Of a stretch of 64,000 bases of DNA, positions 40,421 through 50,495 are shown piece by piece. A program made the position numbers and the translations under genes. The notes beneath the pieces were generated by a model, which was not told where the DNA came from, did not search any database, and saw only the letters and a list, made by a program, of their open reading frames with translations. The stretch's first letter is position 1. Each line of letters starts with the position of its first letter. The stretch comes from Deltaproteobacteria bacterium (GTDB lineage Bacteria > Myxococcota > XYA12-FULL-58-9 > JAFGEK01): assembly GCA_016931625.1 (NCBI GenBank), contig JAFGEK010000079.1, forward strand, positions 258 to 64,257. The letters are read 5' to 3'.

Positions 40421-41055
40421 TTACATATATTGCAAATTACATTACTAGTATGTCCTATATTAAAATAAAATCAATAGGGACATATTAATGAAGTAATTAT
40501 TAATTGTTTAATTATGAATAATCGCTAGTATTTGTTGGCTTGACACACATAGCCCCGTTAGGCGAAAGTCGTTTTCGGTGCTAAGAACACCTGCTGTGAG
40601 CGGAGCCGTCCCGACAGAGCGGCGCATTATTGCGTCGGTTATTAGCGTATAAATAACTGCGTTAATACTGACATAGCTACTGTCGGAGGTTCGGCCATGC
40701 CTGAAATTGGCAACAATTACTGTGATCTTGCACATTCTAAACAATATAAATGCTGTAGGGGCACTGTTTGCTGTGCCCTTTTTGATAAATTCAGCTACGA
40801 TTCAGAATTATCGCAAATAGCAAATGCTATACCTGATAGTGAACTAATACAAGCGTTACATGCCATAGTACGTGCAATGAAAATTTGTTTTAACGATAAG
40901 CTAAAGAGAATTCGCGTCTTAAGATTGATGAAATATATTATGTGTAGAATTATGGGGTTATGAATTTATGATTACAGCTAATAAATATGTTTAAATTATA
41001 TTACGCATGATAGTATTGCATGTATGCAATACTATATGAATATAGCATCATTTGA

Positions 41056-41991
41056 TTATTTCAGATTAAATTCAAGTTGACTATTATTTATTTGATTAGA
41101 TTTTTGCTGTGCATCATACCATCCTAATAATGATGGTGAATCTTCATTATGGTTTTCTCTCTTTCTATGTGAAGAGGCATAACAGTATTTACATCCATGT
41201 TTACAACTATCATAAGCTCCAATATCTCGGCTAATTACACATCCACATTCTTCGCGTTGTACCGGGTCTTTCTTTTTTTGTACTTCGAAATGAAAAATAC
41301 GTTTAATTAATTCATCATCAATACATTTGCCAGGTTTGATACCATAGGGTTTTAAGTCTATAGCTTCAGCACAGCTAACAATTTCAAATCCATTTTTATT
41401 AGAAATTTCTTTTAAATTACCTGTTAATATGCCAATCTCATGTTTGATGAGTTCATTATTATCTGCTGTAAAATCTATACTGCCGATAGCATTGAGTTGT
41501 TTTTTTGCCTTACGATAATGATCAACCAAACTGATAACAACTCTATTCGAGTAACCAGATAATTGTTCTGCAATCATGGTAAATTTATTGAGATGATATT
41601 GTATAGACATACTACGTGTAATGATTATTGGGTCATATCGCCATATCACATGCGCAGGGCTTAAGTATTTGCACAAAAATTTAAATGTTTCGATACTTTG
41701 ATCTAGTTGCGGTACACCTGGCTCAAGTGTTTGGCCATAACCAGTAATAGTAAATTGAAAATAATAGAGAAAACCTTTATCGGTCAATTCGTTGAGATAT
41801 GGAAGCAATGGTTTAGGGTTTTTAGTCCAAAATATAATAACTTCAACATCCTCGGGCTTGAGAGAAATAAATGACACTTGCTTGTTGTTAAGGGGATTAA
41901 CCACAGTACAATATCCTGCGGCTATTCTTTTCATAAACCAGCGAGAGTAATTGGCTGGTATATCAGTACGTCTACTGCAACTTATTATCAT
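41056..41991 (-). CDS. DUF1848-domain protein
   Basis: MIISCSRRTDIPA, FWTKNP, WRYDPI, C-terminal DIGAYDSCKHGCKYCYA. Confidence 0.88.
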   Translation of the reverse strand: MIISCSRRTDIPANYSRWFMKRIAAGYCTVVNPLNNKQVSFISLKPEDVEVIIFWTKNPKPLLPYLNELTDKGFLYYFQFTITGYGQTLEPGVPQLDQSIETFKFLCKYLSPAHVIWRYDPIIITRSMSIQYHLNKFTMIAEQLSGYSNRVVISLVDHYRKAKKQLNAIGSIDFTADNNELIKHEIGILTGNLKEISNKNGFEIVSCAEAIDLKPYGIKPGKCIDDELIKRIFHFEVQKKKDPVQREECGCVISRDIGAYDSCKHGCKYCYASSHRKRENHNEDSPSLLGWYDAQQKSNQINNSQLEFNLK

Positions 41992-42143
41992 TTAAAAAAT
42001 CCTGGTTAATAATAATTGAAATAAGATATTGTTCAAGTTGATATTTTGCCCAATGTTTTCGTGAGGCAATCGTGTTATTGCCTACACTAATTTTAATGAT
42101 ATTTTTAAAAAATGGATAGTACATAAATCTGAAAAAAATTTAA

Positions 42144-42887
42144 TCAGCCATTTTTTCTAATTATACGATATGCAACATTAGCTTCTAATTTTGGACATCC
42201 GAATTTTTTGAAATATTCTCCAAGATCTGTTTTTTCTTTGTCAGTATCTAATTGAATATTGCATTCATCTTTTTCTAATACTTCCCAATCGTAGTTTTGT
42301 GTGAGTGAATCAAACCAGTTATAAAAATTTGCAGAATTATTATCTATAAATAGCATATATGAATTAGACTTGGCTTCTGAAAATAAATAATTAAAATAAT
42401 CGGTACATTGGTTACGAAATCGATATAGCTCTGAGATAAAATAGACAAGGGTAAATAAATCAGCTTGTAGATATTTTTTATAAGGCAACCATGTATTTCT
42501 TTCAGTTACGTCGAGAGGCATAAAATTGACAGATAAGCATAGCTTAGAGTCAACTTTTTTATCAACATCGCTCCAAGATTCGTTCCATGCTTTATTTCCA
42601 TCTAGTAAATAACATTTTAATTTTGATAACGAGTCATGATCAGCATAATATTTGATAGCACCAAGCAAATCGCTGCCAGGTCCACCGCCAACACAGCTTA
42701 TTGTTACTTGTTCTGCTTTAAATAATTTGGTTAATCTATTACTAGTAGAAATGAGACGATAAACAAGATTGGCATGGCATGTAACATAACGATATATATA
42801 TGCAAATCTAGTTGATGGGTCACTATAATCTATTTTAGCTACATTAGGTTCTGTTAATTGATTATATTTCGTTGAAAGTAAATTCAA
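42144..42887 (-). CDS. SAM-dependent methyltransferase-like protein (probably 5'-truncated)
   Basis: AYIYRY, SCVGGGPGSD, YFISE. TTG start without RBS. Confidence 0.55.
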   Translation of the reverse strand: MNLLSTKYNQLTEPNVAKIDYSDPSTRFAYIYRYVTCHANLVYRLISTSNRLTKLFKAEQVTISCVGGGPGSDLLGAIKYYADHDSLSKLKCYLLDGNKAWNESWSDVDKKVDSKLCLSVNFMPLDVTERNTWLPYKKYLQADLFTLVYFISELYRFRNQCTDYFNYLFSEAKSNSYMLFIDNNSANFYNWFDSLTQNYDWEVLEKDECNIQLDTDKEKTDLGEYFKKFGCPKLEANVAYRIIRKNG

Positions 42888-43028
42888 ATCGATAAACTAA
42901 CTATCGAATATTTTAAAACGTTAGCGGATGATTTTGGTATCCCATATCAAACATTAATCAATCTTTATTTACGTGATTGCGCTATTAACCAAAAAAAGAT
43001 TTCTATCAGTTGGAAGAAATGAACGTAT

Positions 43029-43274
43029 CTACTTTTCACTCAACCAATCCTTAGCATAAACAACCGGCTTACCTGACTGTTTAGTTAAATTTTCAATCGC
43101 AAAGGCATTCTCAAGGTTGGGCTGCAGGCGACCGGTGATATAACGATTTAACTGAACCGTAGACATAGCTAAAGCATCAGCAAATGCTACTTGGCTTGGC
43201 CAATGTTGCCGAATATGAGTATTTAAGAGGCGACGTGCCTTAGAATGATAACTATCGACGTTTTTAGCACCCAC
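43029..43274 (-). CDS. Small Cro/XRE-type HTH protein
   Basis: SQVAFADALAMSTVQLNRYITGRLQPNLENAFAIE. Confidence 0.65.
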   Translation of the reverse strand: MGAKNVDSYHSKARRLLNTHIRQHWPSQVAFADALAMSTVQLNRYITGRLQPNLENAFAIENLTKQSGKPVVYAKDWLSEK

Positions 43275-43380
43275 AAATAGTGCAATTAAATCATTTACAC
43301 TTGTGATAACATACGCACTAGTGCTAATATCGACATATGAAGCCTATTATAGGCCAATATTTGAAGATAATTACTAAACA

Positions 43381-43590
43381 ATGAAAACCATTCGCCTTAT
43401 AACAGATATAGCCTGCGAAATGGACGAAGACGTTTTTGCCTTACTTGGTCGCATAGATTTTCATGTTTGTGACAACCATTATCTTGATGACCACGAACGT
43501 TTAGCAGCAATCGCTGTGCTACTGCGAGAATTTTTTGCTAAACGTGAGCGTTTACGTTGGGAGTTAATTAATCATTTTATCATCAAATAA
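43381..43590 (+). CDS. Hypothetical small protein
   Basis: ORF divergent from the HTH gene. No motif. Confidence 0.3.
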   Translation: MKTIRLITDIACEMDEDVFALLGRIDFHVCDNHYLDDHERLAAIAVLLREFFAKRERLRWELINHFIIK

Positions 43591-44490
43591 TAACTAACGT
43601 TGCGTCCGGCGGTATGCGCACGTTGTTTAAGTAACCCGCGCTCGCGCATATCTAAAATTTCGCGTTTGGCAGTAGCAGGGCTGGTTTTTGTAAGATGTGC
43701 ATATTTTTTAGTTGTTAGACCACCAAAGAATTCATCGGGCCATGCATCGAATAGTCTATTTAATGCTTTTAGCTGTCGAGGGTTAAGACCAGTGGTCTCG
43801 CGGCGCTGCCAAAAACGAGCTTTAGCAAATATTCGCTCAAGTTCTTTTTCAGAACGAGCAATAGCTGCCGAAAAGGTTTCTAAAAACCAAATCAACCAAT
43901 CAGTAATATCACCTTTACCTTTTTGTGTTTTTTCTAAGATTTCATAATAGCTATCACGAGTAGCTTGTATCTGCGCAGATATGCTGTAGCAACGAATTTT
44001 TGTTTCTTCATCTTGAGCCAAAGCCATATCGATAAGCGTACGCGCAATACGACCATTACCATCTTCAAATGGGTGAATAGTTACAAACCATAAATGAGCT
44101 TTAGCCGCACGAATTAATCCATCTTCAACACTGCGGCTTTTTGCCCACCACAATAAAAACTGGCGTATCTCAGAAGGTACATTTTTTGAAGTTGGTGCTT
44201 CAAAATGAACACGTTCGTGACCTATTGGCCCTGAAACAACCTGCATTGGTGAAGCCGTTTTACGCCACTTGCCTACTGGAATTTGCTGCATGCCAGAGTA
44301 ACCAGTAGGAAACAGTGCGGCCTGCCATGCCTTAAGTCTGCTTGCCGTTAATGATTTATTACAGTTTGTGGTGGCATCTAATAAAACTTCCACTTGCCCA
44401 TCTGCATTTTTTTCAATGCGAGGTAAACCTGCAGTTTTTAAACCAAGACGACGTGTAATTGATGATCGCACAGCATTAGGATTAAGTGTT
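43572..44490 (-). pseudogene. DUF4172-type Fic protein, 5'-truncated
   Basis: LN..AVRSSI.RRLGL, HPFEDGNGRIAR, TSPATAKR. The N-terminal part and a natural start are missing. Confidence 0.75.
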
Positions 44491-44941
44491 TCAACGTCTT
44501 TTACAAGAACGCGCTCGCTTAAAAGAACTAACGACTCTAAAAAAAATGAATGAGACCGCGCAGACATTAAATCAGTTAGTTACGTTTTTAACAGAGGAAC
44601 GTCGCAATCGCGATGATGCTATTAAAGATATTTTAATATTTAACCACCCAGCATTTCGACGACTAGCGGATTTAACCCAAACAGAATACCGTATATTTTT
44701 TACTAATCTAGATGAATTGAGTATATGGCTTAAAAACGCCAAGGGATACTATGAGGATTGTAATACTAATACTTCGTATCGCTGGTGTAGGCTTGATAAA
44801 GGATGGCAATCTATTATTTCAGTTGACAAAGGATTATTTGATCAAAATGGTAAGCTTCAAAGTATGACTCCAGAGGAGTGGGATCAAAGTCTGATCATTT
44901 TAGAGAAGGAACAAACTGATGATGAAGATGCGCATTTTTAA
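44486..44941 (+). pseudogene. C-terminal fragment resembling DUF4062-domain proteins
   Basis: FQRLLQE...TLNQLVTFL...NHPAF...YRIFFTNLDEL. It abuts the truncated Fic back-to-back. Confidence 0.45.
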
Positions 44942-45032
44942 AAATTTGTTGTTCTCATCTAACGCGACTCCTACCGAACGGATAAATTAATTGACCCCGC
45001 TTCTTTTAGGTGCCAATGTGTCGATGCTAGTA

Positions 45033-46925
45033 TTATTTAATTGCAGACATTAATACAATCGCTAAATTTCTCTCTGGGCCACTGTGTACTAGTTTTACAA
45101 ATATTTTCAAATCATCATATTCGCGCGCTATTTTACGTTGCTGGTTGTAGGCCATGCCGCGCCAATAATAGGCATAGGCGGCCCTAGGATTCGCTTCGAT
45201 TACTGCGGTCATTTGCTCAATGGTTTCGTCAATCTTGCCGGATGCCATTAGGATCTCACCCAGTGCTTGGGCAGCAAGTGCATTACCAGAATTAGTCGCG
45301 AGTAACGACCTGGCTATAGCCTCGGCTTCTACATATTGCGCATGTTTTAGCTCTGGATCGGTTTCTTTGGAGGCATTTTTTACTAAAAGCACTGCCCAGC
45401 AGGCGCGCGCATGGTCATTGTTTGTTTCTTTAATAATTTTTTCTGCCAGGTTAATATCAATGGCCTCCCAGGTTTTATAGTATTCATAAAACTCAATATC
45501 CGTGGTCATATTGATCATAGTTTTAAGAAATTCGCCTTTAGTATAATCAGTACTTTTGGCACTAATAGCTTGCGCTAAGGTTATTGTATCTTGGCTTTGC
45601 CCCAAGGTTTTTGCAAACTCGACGAGCTGCCGGCTTGCAAGGCTTTCGGCCATCATGTTCATCAGGTCTTTTTTCTCATCAGCCGAGAGACCGCCAAAGC
45701 CTAATATGGCCTTGCTATTAATTTCTTTTGCCCAGTGCTGCAATTCTTCGTCGCTTAATGCGTCAAAAACTACGCGCTTTTCAACACGATTGAGACCATG
45801 CAAAATATCATTGATTTGCTTAAGTTCGTTGTGGGTCACATCAAAATTAAAAACGCCACTTTCATCAAGTAGCTCACGGATTTTTTTAACTGCTGCTTCG
45901 ACATTTTCGGATTTGCCGTTGCCCATACGTAGCATGGCAATAATTACATCAGCATCACTAAAGCCTGCGGCACGCCATGTATCTTCCATTCGATCAAAAG
46001 ACTCGGGGTCAATAAAACCGGTACTTTCATCTACAAGTTTAAGAATTTGCTCGCTTTCTTTGGCGGTTACGCCATCTTCAATCGATGCAAGTTTTGGTGT
46101 TATCTCGGCGTAGTTTGCTGTTGATAACGCATGTAATGGTGGTACGACTTGATCATCCACACGTCGTGGCAGATGGTCTTTGGCGCTTGTTAAGTTAGCT
46201 AGCGCAATGTTTTTAGTCCGTGTGCTATTGTCGATAAAAGTTTGCAATTCATCATCATTACTCTGGTCGGTGATTTTGTTTGTTGCATCATACATCTCAT
46301 CAATTGCATTAAGCGAACGCTGAAGTTCATCTTGCGCTTTTTGTGCCTGAGCTTGCGCTTCGAGTGCCTGCCTTTGCGCCTCTTCGGCCTCGTTTCTCAG
46401 TGCTTCATACTCCTGGCATGACACTTGCTGATTTTGTGGGTCATTGGGCAACGTTTCTTCGAACTTTTGTTGAGCTTGGGTAAGCTCGTCTTGAGCGTCA
46501 GCTAGCTCTTGTTGCCGTGCTGCAAGCTCGTTTTCTTTTTGGGCAAGCTCATTGCGTGCGCTGTCAATCTTTGCGCGTAAGCTTTGCAGTTTTTGTTGAT
46601 AATGCGTCATAGCTGCATTAAACGCGGCGGTATCAATAGTATTAATATTTATGCTGCGTGCATTGGGCGGCGAGCCTTCGCTGCGCGTCTCGGTCTTTTG
46701 AAAATTTGCTGGGTCAGGGATCTCTAAATCGGCAAACTCAGCCTCAAGTTGGGCAATAATTTGCTGAATCGAAGCAATATCGTCGATAAGCAGGGTAATC
46801 GCCGATGATAAACATGTAATCTTGTTGCTTGTAGCATCAGAGACTGCTTGTACAGTGTTTGCGTTAGGTACGTTTGGTACATTAGGTATTCTTTGATCGA
46901 TTGGAATAAAAGAACACATAATCAT
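45033..46925 (-). CDS. Hypothetical protein: long coiled coil plus C-terminal TPRs
   Basis: Q/E/A-rich heptads. AAQALGEIL...ANPRAAYAYYWRGMAY. Confidence 0.7.
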   Translation of the reverse strand: MIMCSFIPIDQRIPNVPNVPNANTVQAVSDATSNKITCLSSAITLLIDDIASIQQIIAQLEAEFADLEIPDPANFQKTETRSEGSPPNARSININTIDTAAFNAAMTHYQQKLQSLRAKIDSARNELAQKENELAARQQELADAQDELTQAQQKFEETLPNDPQNQQVSCQEYEALRNEAEEAQRQALEAQAQAQKAQDELQRSLNAIDEMYDATNKITDQSNDDELQTFIDNSTRTKNIALANLTSAKDHLPRRVDDQVVPPLHALSTANYAEITPKLASIEDGVTAKESEQILKLVDESTGFIDPESFDRMEDTWRAAGFSDADVIIAMLRMGNGKSENVEAAVKKIRELLDESGVFNFDVTHNELKQINDILHGLNRVEKRVVFDALSDEELQHWAKEINSKAILGFGGLSADEKKDLMNMMAESLASRQLVEFAKTLGQSQDTITLAQAISAKSTDYTKGEFLKTMINMTTDIEFYEYYKTWEAIDINLAEKIIKETNNDHARACWAVLLVKNASKETDPELKHAQYVEAEAIARSLLATNSGNALAAQALGEILMASGKIDETIEQMTAVIEANPRAAYAYYWRGMAYNQQRKIAREYDDLKIFVKLVHSGPERNLAIVLMSAIK

Positions 46926-46995
46926 CTCCAGAGTACGTATAGTCTACATTTTTTATACTCGTAAAAAAGAAGCTTAACTAGGGATACCCCATAAT

Positions 46996-47292
46996 ATGTT
47001 TAGTATTATTTACCCAGATTACTTTGCTTTGGTTAACCATAAGACTGAGTTTTTATGTGTAAGTGGCGCCATCAGCGAAGAAGAGTATTTAGCGGGCTTG
47101 CAAAAAGCAGGGCTTGTTGATGTTGAAGTTCGCGATCGTCTTTTTTATGATGCTCCGCAAATTGAAGGATTAGCCGCATCTAATCTTGAAAATCTATGTG
47201 GCTGTGAAGATATTAAAGCACAATTACCCGCTTTATTGCTTAGTCTCGAAGGTAAAATCTGGAGCGCCAAGGTTTATGCGCATAAACCATAA
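46996..47292 (+). pseudogene. Arsenite methyltransferase (ArsM-like) C-terminal remnant
   Basis: CVSGAISEEEYLAGLQKAGLVDVEV...SAKVYAHKP. SAM-binding N-terminus absent. Confidence 0.7.
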
Positions 47293-47323
47293 GTCTTTTC
47301 TTTGTTTAATATTGTTTACATAA

Positions 47324-47540
47324 TCAGGGCGTGTCCCTAAATTAAATCGTCATTGTTCGCGAAAGCGGCAATCCAGTAGCAAATACGATGAATTTTAGCA
47401 TTTGGATCCTAAGCTTTCGCGGGGATGACATAAAAGACAATTAAATCAAAATTATTTATTTTGTAACGAAAAAATACATTATAACAATGAGTTAGAAGCA
47501 TCATTAAAAAACTATGAATCAATTTAGGGACACGCCCTGA
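47324..47540. mobile_element. 217-bp MITE-like element with perfect 20-bp terminal inverted repeats and an internal palindromic repeat
   Basis: TCAGGGCGTGTCCCTAAATT / AATTTAGGGACACGCCCTGA. Internal GTCATTGTTCGCGAAAGCGGCAATCCA...TGGATCCTAAGCTTTCGCGGGGATGAC (47349-47429). Confidence 0.75.
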
Positions 47541-47567
47541 CTAAATAAAAACATAGCCGCAGTCTAG

Positions 47568-48689
47568 TTGCTTACGTTATGGTGCTGCTTCGTGGATGAC
47601 AACGATAACAAATTGCACGGTCGTGAGGTCATTGTTCTTTTTGAGTTAGGCGCACTCGGCGACAGTATAATGACCTTACCGGCTATGCAGGCAGTGCGTT
47701 GTGCTCAACCACAAGCTCACATAGTACGCGTGCACGAAAAGCGTATGAGTGAATTTTTTCGCGGTTGCCCGTTAGCAGATGTTTTTATTGCTTATGATCG
47801 TTCGCAAGCAAAACAAAAAGCAGCCTTAAATTTATTAAATAACTTGCGAGCTTTAAATCTCGCCAGCATTGCTAATTTGCACACCCCAGATTTTGCGCGT
47901 CCGCTGCGTTATTATTTGCGTGATAGCTTGTTTCTATTGCTTTCTAAAGCACCACAAAGGCTCGCGTGGACGCATTCAATTGACAATCTGTTAATTACCG
48001 ATGGGATACCACGTAAGTTTTTTGGCCAACAGCGTATTGATCAAGAGATATTAGCCGTTGTGCAACCTTTAATAAAAAATACAAATATACAAACTACCGC
48101 AAAAGTTTTGTATTGGCTAAGCGATAACGAACGCGACGCCACCTTACATCTATATGCACAGCATGCAACTACTGCAGGCATAATGGCGGATCATCCATAT
48201 TTTTGTGTGGCACCTTTCGCACGAGCGCCAACGCGTGAATGGTCGCTGTCATCAATGGGGCAAGCGGTTGAGTTGATTGTCAAGCAAACCGGATTAATAC
48301 CGGTGATTTTAGGGGCGGCGTCCGATCGTTCAAAGTTATCAAGCCTACTAGAGCAAATTCATAAACCGGTTGTTGATCTTGTCGGTACTAGTTCAATTCG
48401 TGATGCAGCAACGCTTATGGCTAAAGCAACTTTTACTTTATCAGTAGATACGGGCTTGATGCATTTGTCAGCTCTAATGGGTACGCCGGTTGTCGCGATA
48501 TTTACTGCGGGTAACCCGGTGCGTTGGCATCCGTTACCACAAGCAGAAATTCGTATTGTTGCCGCTAATTGTACTTGCAGTCCATGCTATCGTTTTACCT
48601 GTGATGATTTATGTTGTCATAAAGAGATTACAACTACAATAGTTGCTCAAGCCGCGATTGAATGTTATCAACAGATTACTAGCGAATAA
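47568..48689 (+). CDS. GT9 (heptosyltransferase-like) glycosyltransferase
   Basis: LGALGDSIMTLP, DLVGTSSI, VDTGLMHL.ALMGTPVVAIF, CSPC. Confidence 0.88.
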   Translation: MLTLWCCFVDDNDNKLHGREVIVLFELGALGDSIMTLPAMQAVRCAQPQAHIVRVHEKRMSEFFRGCPLADVFIAYDRSQAKQKAALNLLNNLRALNLASIANLHTPDFARPLRYYLRDSLFLLLSKAPQRLAWTHSIDNLLITDGIPRKFFGQQRIDQEILAVVQPLIKNTNIQTTAKVLYWLSDNERDATLHLYAQHATTAGIMADHPYFCVAPFARAPTREWSLSSMGQAVELIVKQTGLIPVILGAASDRSKLSSLLEQIHKPVVDLVGTSSIRDAATLMAKATFTLSVDTGLMHLSALMGTPVVAIFTAGNPVRWHPLPQAEIRIVAANCTCSPCYRFTCDDLCCHKEITTTIVAQAAIECYQQITSE

Positions 48690-48713
48690 TTTAATAAGTA
48701 TCTTTATTGTATC

Positions 48714-50495
48714 TTGCATTCCTATTATATGAACGCCATGATTAGAGGCAAACTAAATATTGCCATAACAATTGCTATACTAGCCGTTTTTGCTTTCATT
48801 GCGCAAGGCCGCACTTTTATTACTTCAAAAGGCTTGACCTTTGATGAAAGTCTTTATGTGACCGCAGGTTATGCCTACTTGAAAGGTGCTAATTTAAAAC
48901 TCAATAACGAACACCCACCCCTAATTAAATATATTCTTGGTTTGCCTAATTTAATTGCCGCCAATGATAATTATACTGATACTAACGAAAATAAATGGCG
49001 CCGCGCCCGTCGTTTTTTAGGTTCTGAAGTTTCTGATCGTGATGCATTTATCAGGCGTGCGCGTTATGCCAATCTCGTGCTTGGGGTATTTCTTATAGCT
49101 ATTCTTTTTATTTGGTCTTATCGATTATTTGGCCCTGCTGCTGCTGCGTTTACTGCGGTGCTTGCAGCATTTGAGCCGAACCTTATTGCTCATTCTTCAC
49201 TAGCTACTCTTGATGTTGGTGCCACGGCCTTTTTTATCCTTTTTCTATATATTTTATGGGAGTGGCATAATCATCTCACTTGCAATTGGTTGCATGCAGT
49301 AGGACTTGCCACCGGTTTGGCAGTCTGCACAAAATTTTCTAATTTTGGTCTTTGTTTTGGCGTCGTGGTACCAACAATATTAATTACCACATATGTTGAA
49401 CAAGGTTCACCGCGCGGGTGCTTTAAGATAAGGGCGGTATTAAAAATTGGTTTAGGTCGACTAGTGCGCGTTGGTGTTATTGCATTGAGTGTATTAGTGA
49501 TAATTTACCAAGTGCATAGCATTGGCGAATTTTTTCTGGGTTTTGGCGATCAAGCAAGCCACGCCGGGCATGGGCATGGGTCATACTTTTTTGGTCAATA
49601 CGGCAAACATGGATGGGCTTCATATTATTTAATGGCGTTTTTATTAAAAATACCACTTGGTACATTAGTTATAATTATTCTCTCGCTAGCTTTTTATAAA
49701 CGAGGCAAGGCACTAAATTGGCGTGATGGAGGTTATATAGTCGGTATACTTGCATTTATGATGTTGTTATTCACTCTCGGGCGTATTCATATAGGTATTC
49801 GCTACGTGTTGCCAGCTTTAGCCCTGTTTATACTTTTGGCAGGTCGTTTTGGCTCTTGTCTCGATTTTAAAAATGCGAAACTATTAACGCTAGGCGTGTT
49901 ATCACTAACGCTTTGGTCAGTTCAAGCCAGCGTACAAACCGCGCCGCATTACCTTGCTTATTTTAATGAAATTGTAGGTGGGTCAAACGGTGGTTTTCGC
50001 TATTTAAGTGATTCAAATGTCGATTGGGGTCAGGATGTTGCACAATTATCATTATGGAGTGCCAACAAACCAACATTACTGATTGCAGATGTTTTTTCTA
50101 ATGTAAAAGAATTCTATCCAATAGATACGATTGTTGCTAAAGCTAAGCAGTCTAATGATGCTTTATCATTTGTAAAAACTCTAGAGCCTAAAAGAGATCT
50201 CGTTGCCATTAGCGCTACGGCGTTGATGCGCCCTGGTCAAGAAGAATTGGCTTATCCGGTCTCAACATATACTTGGCCACTAATTACAACTATTGGCCAT
50301 TCAATTTTTATCTATGATATTACCGATATTCCCAATGCTTATGTCACTTTGGCACAACATTTTTTGCAACAAGCAATTACTGATAAATATCCACACTATA
50401 ACGAAATTGCGAAATGGCTTATGTTGCGTGCAAAAGCTCGTCATCCTAATAATAACGCTATAACTGCAGCTTTAATAGTTATGGGCAGTAGATAG
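48714..50495 (+). CDS. ArnT/PMT-like (GT-C) membrane glycosyltransferase
   Basis: TFDE, NNEHPPL, PNLIAHS.LATLD, IGIRY, YFNE, DSNVDWGQD. Many transmembrane segments. Confidence 0.8.
   Translation: MHSYYMNAMIRGKLNIAITIAILAVFAFIAQGRTFITSKGLTFDESLYVTAGYAYLKGANLKLNNEHPPLIKYILGLPNLIAANDNYTDTNENKWRRARRFLGSEVSDRDAFIRRARYANLVLGVFLIAILFIWSYRLFGPAAAAFTAVLAAFEPNLIAHSSLATLDVGATAFFILFLYILWEWHNHLTCNWLHAVGLATGLAVCTKFSNFGLCFGVVVPTILITTYVEQGSPRGCFKIRAVLKIGLGRLVRVGVIALSVLVIIYQVHSIGEFFLGFGDQASHAGHGHGSYFFGQYGKHGWASYYLMAFLLKIPLGTLVIIILSLAFYKRGKALNWRDGGYIVGILAFMMLLFTLGRIHIGIRYVLPALALFILLAGRFGSCLDFKNAKLLTLGVLSLTLWSVQASVQTAPHYLAYFNEIVGGSNGGFRYLSDSNVDWGQDVAQLSLWSANKPTLLIADVFSNVKEFYPIDTIVAKAKQSNDALSFVKTLEPKRDLVAISATALMRPGQEELAYPVSTYTWPLITTIGHSIFIYDITDIPNAYVTLAQHFLQQAITDKYPHYNEIAKWLMLRAKARHPNNNAITAALIVMGSR

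Noticed and set aside
40508..40963. ORFs 40508-40744 and 40697-40963 as real genes
   Set aside because: No RBS or motifs, and they overlap structured non-coding-looking sequence.
31460..47540. CRISPR array built from the TAGGGACAC motif
   Set aside because: Copies are kilobases apart and irregular, with no spacers and no cas genes.
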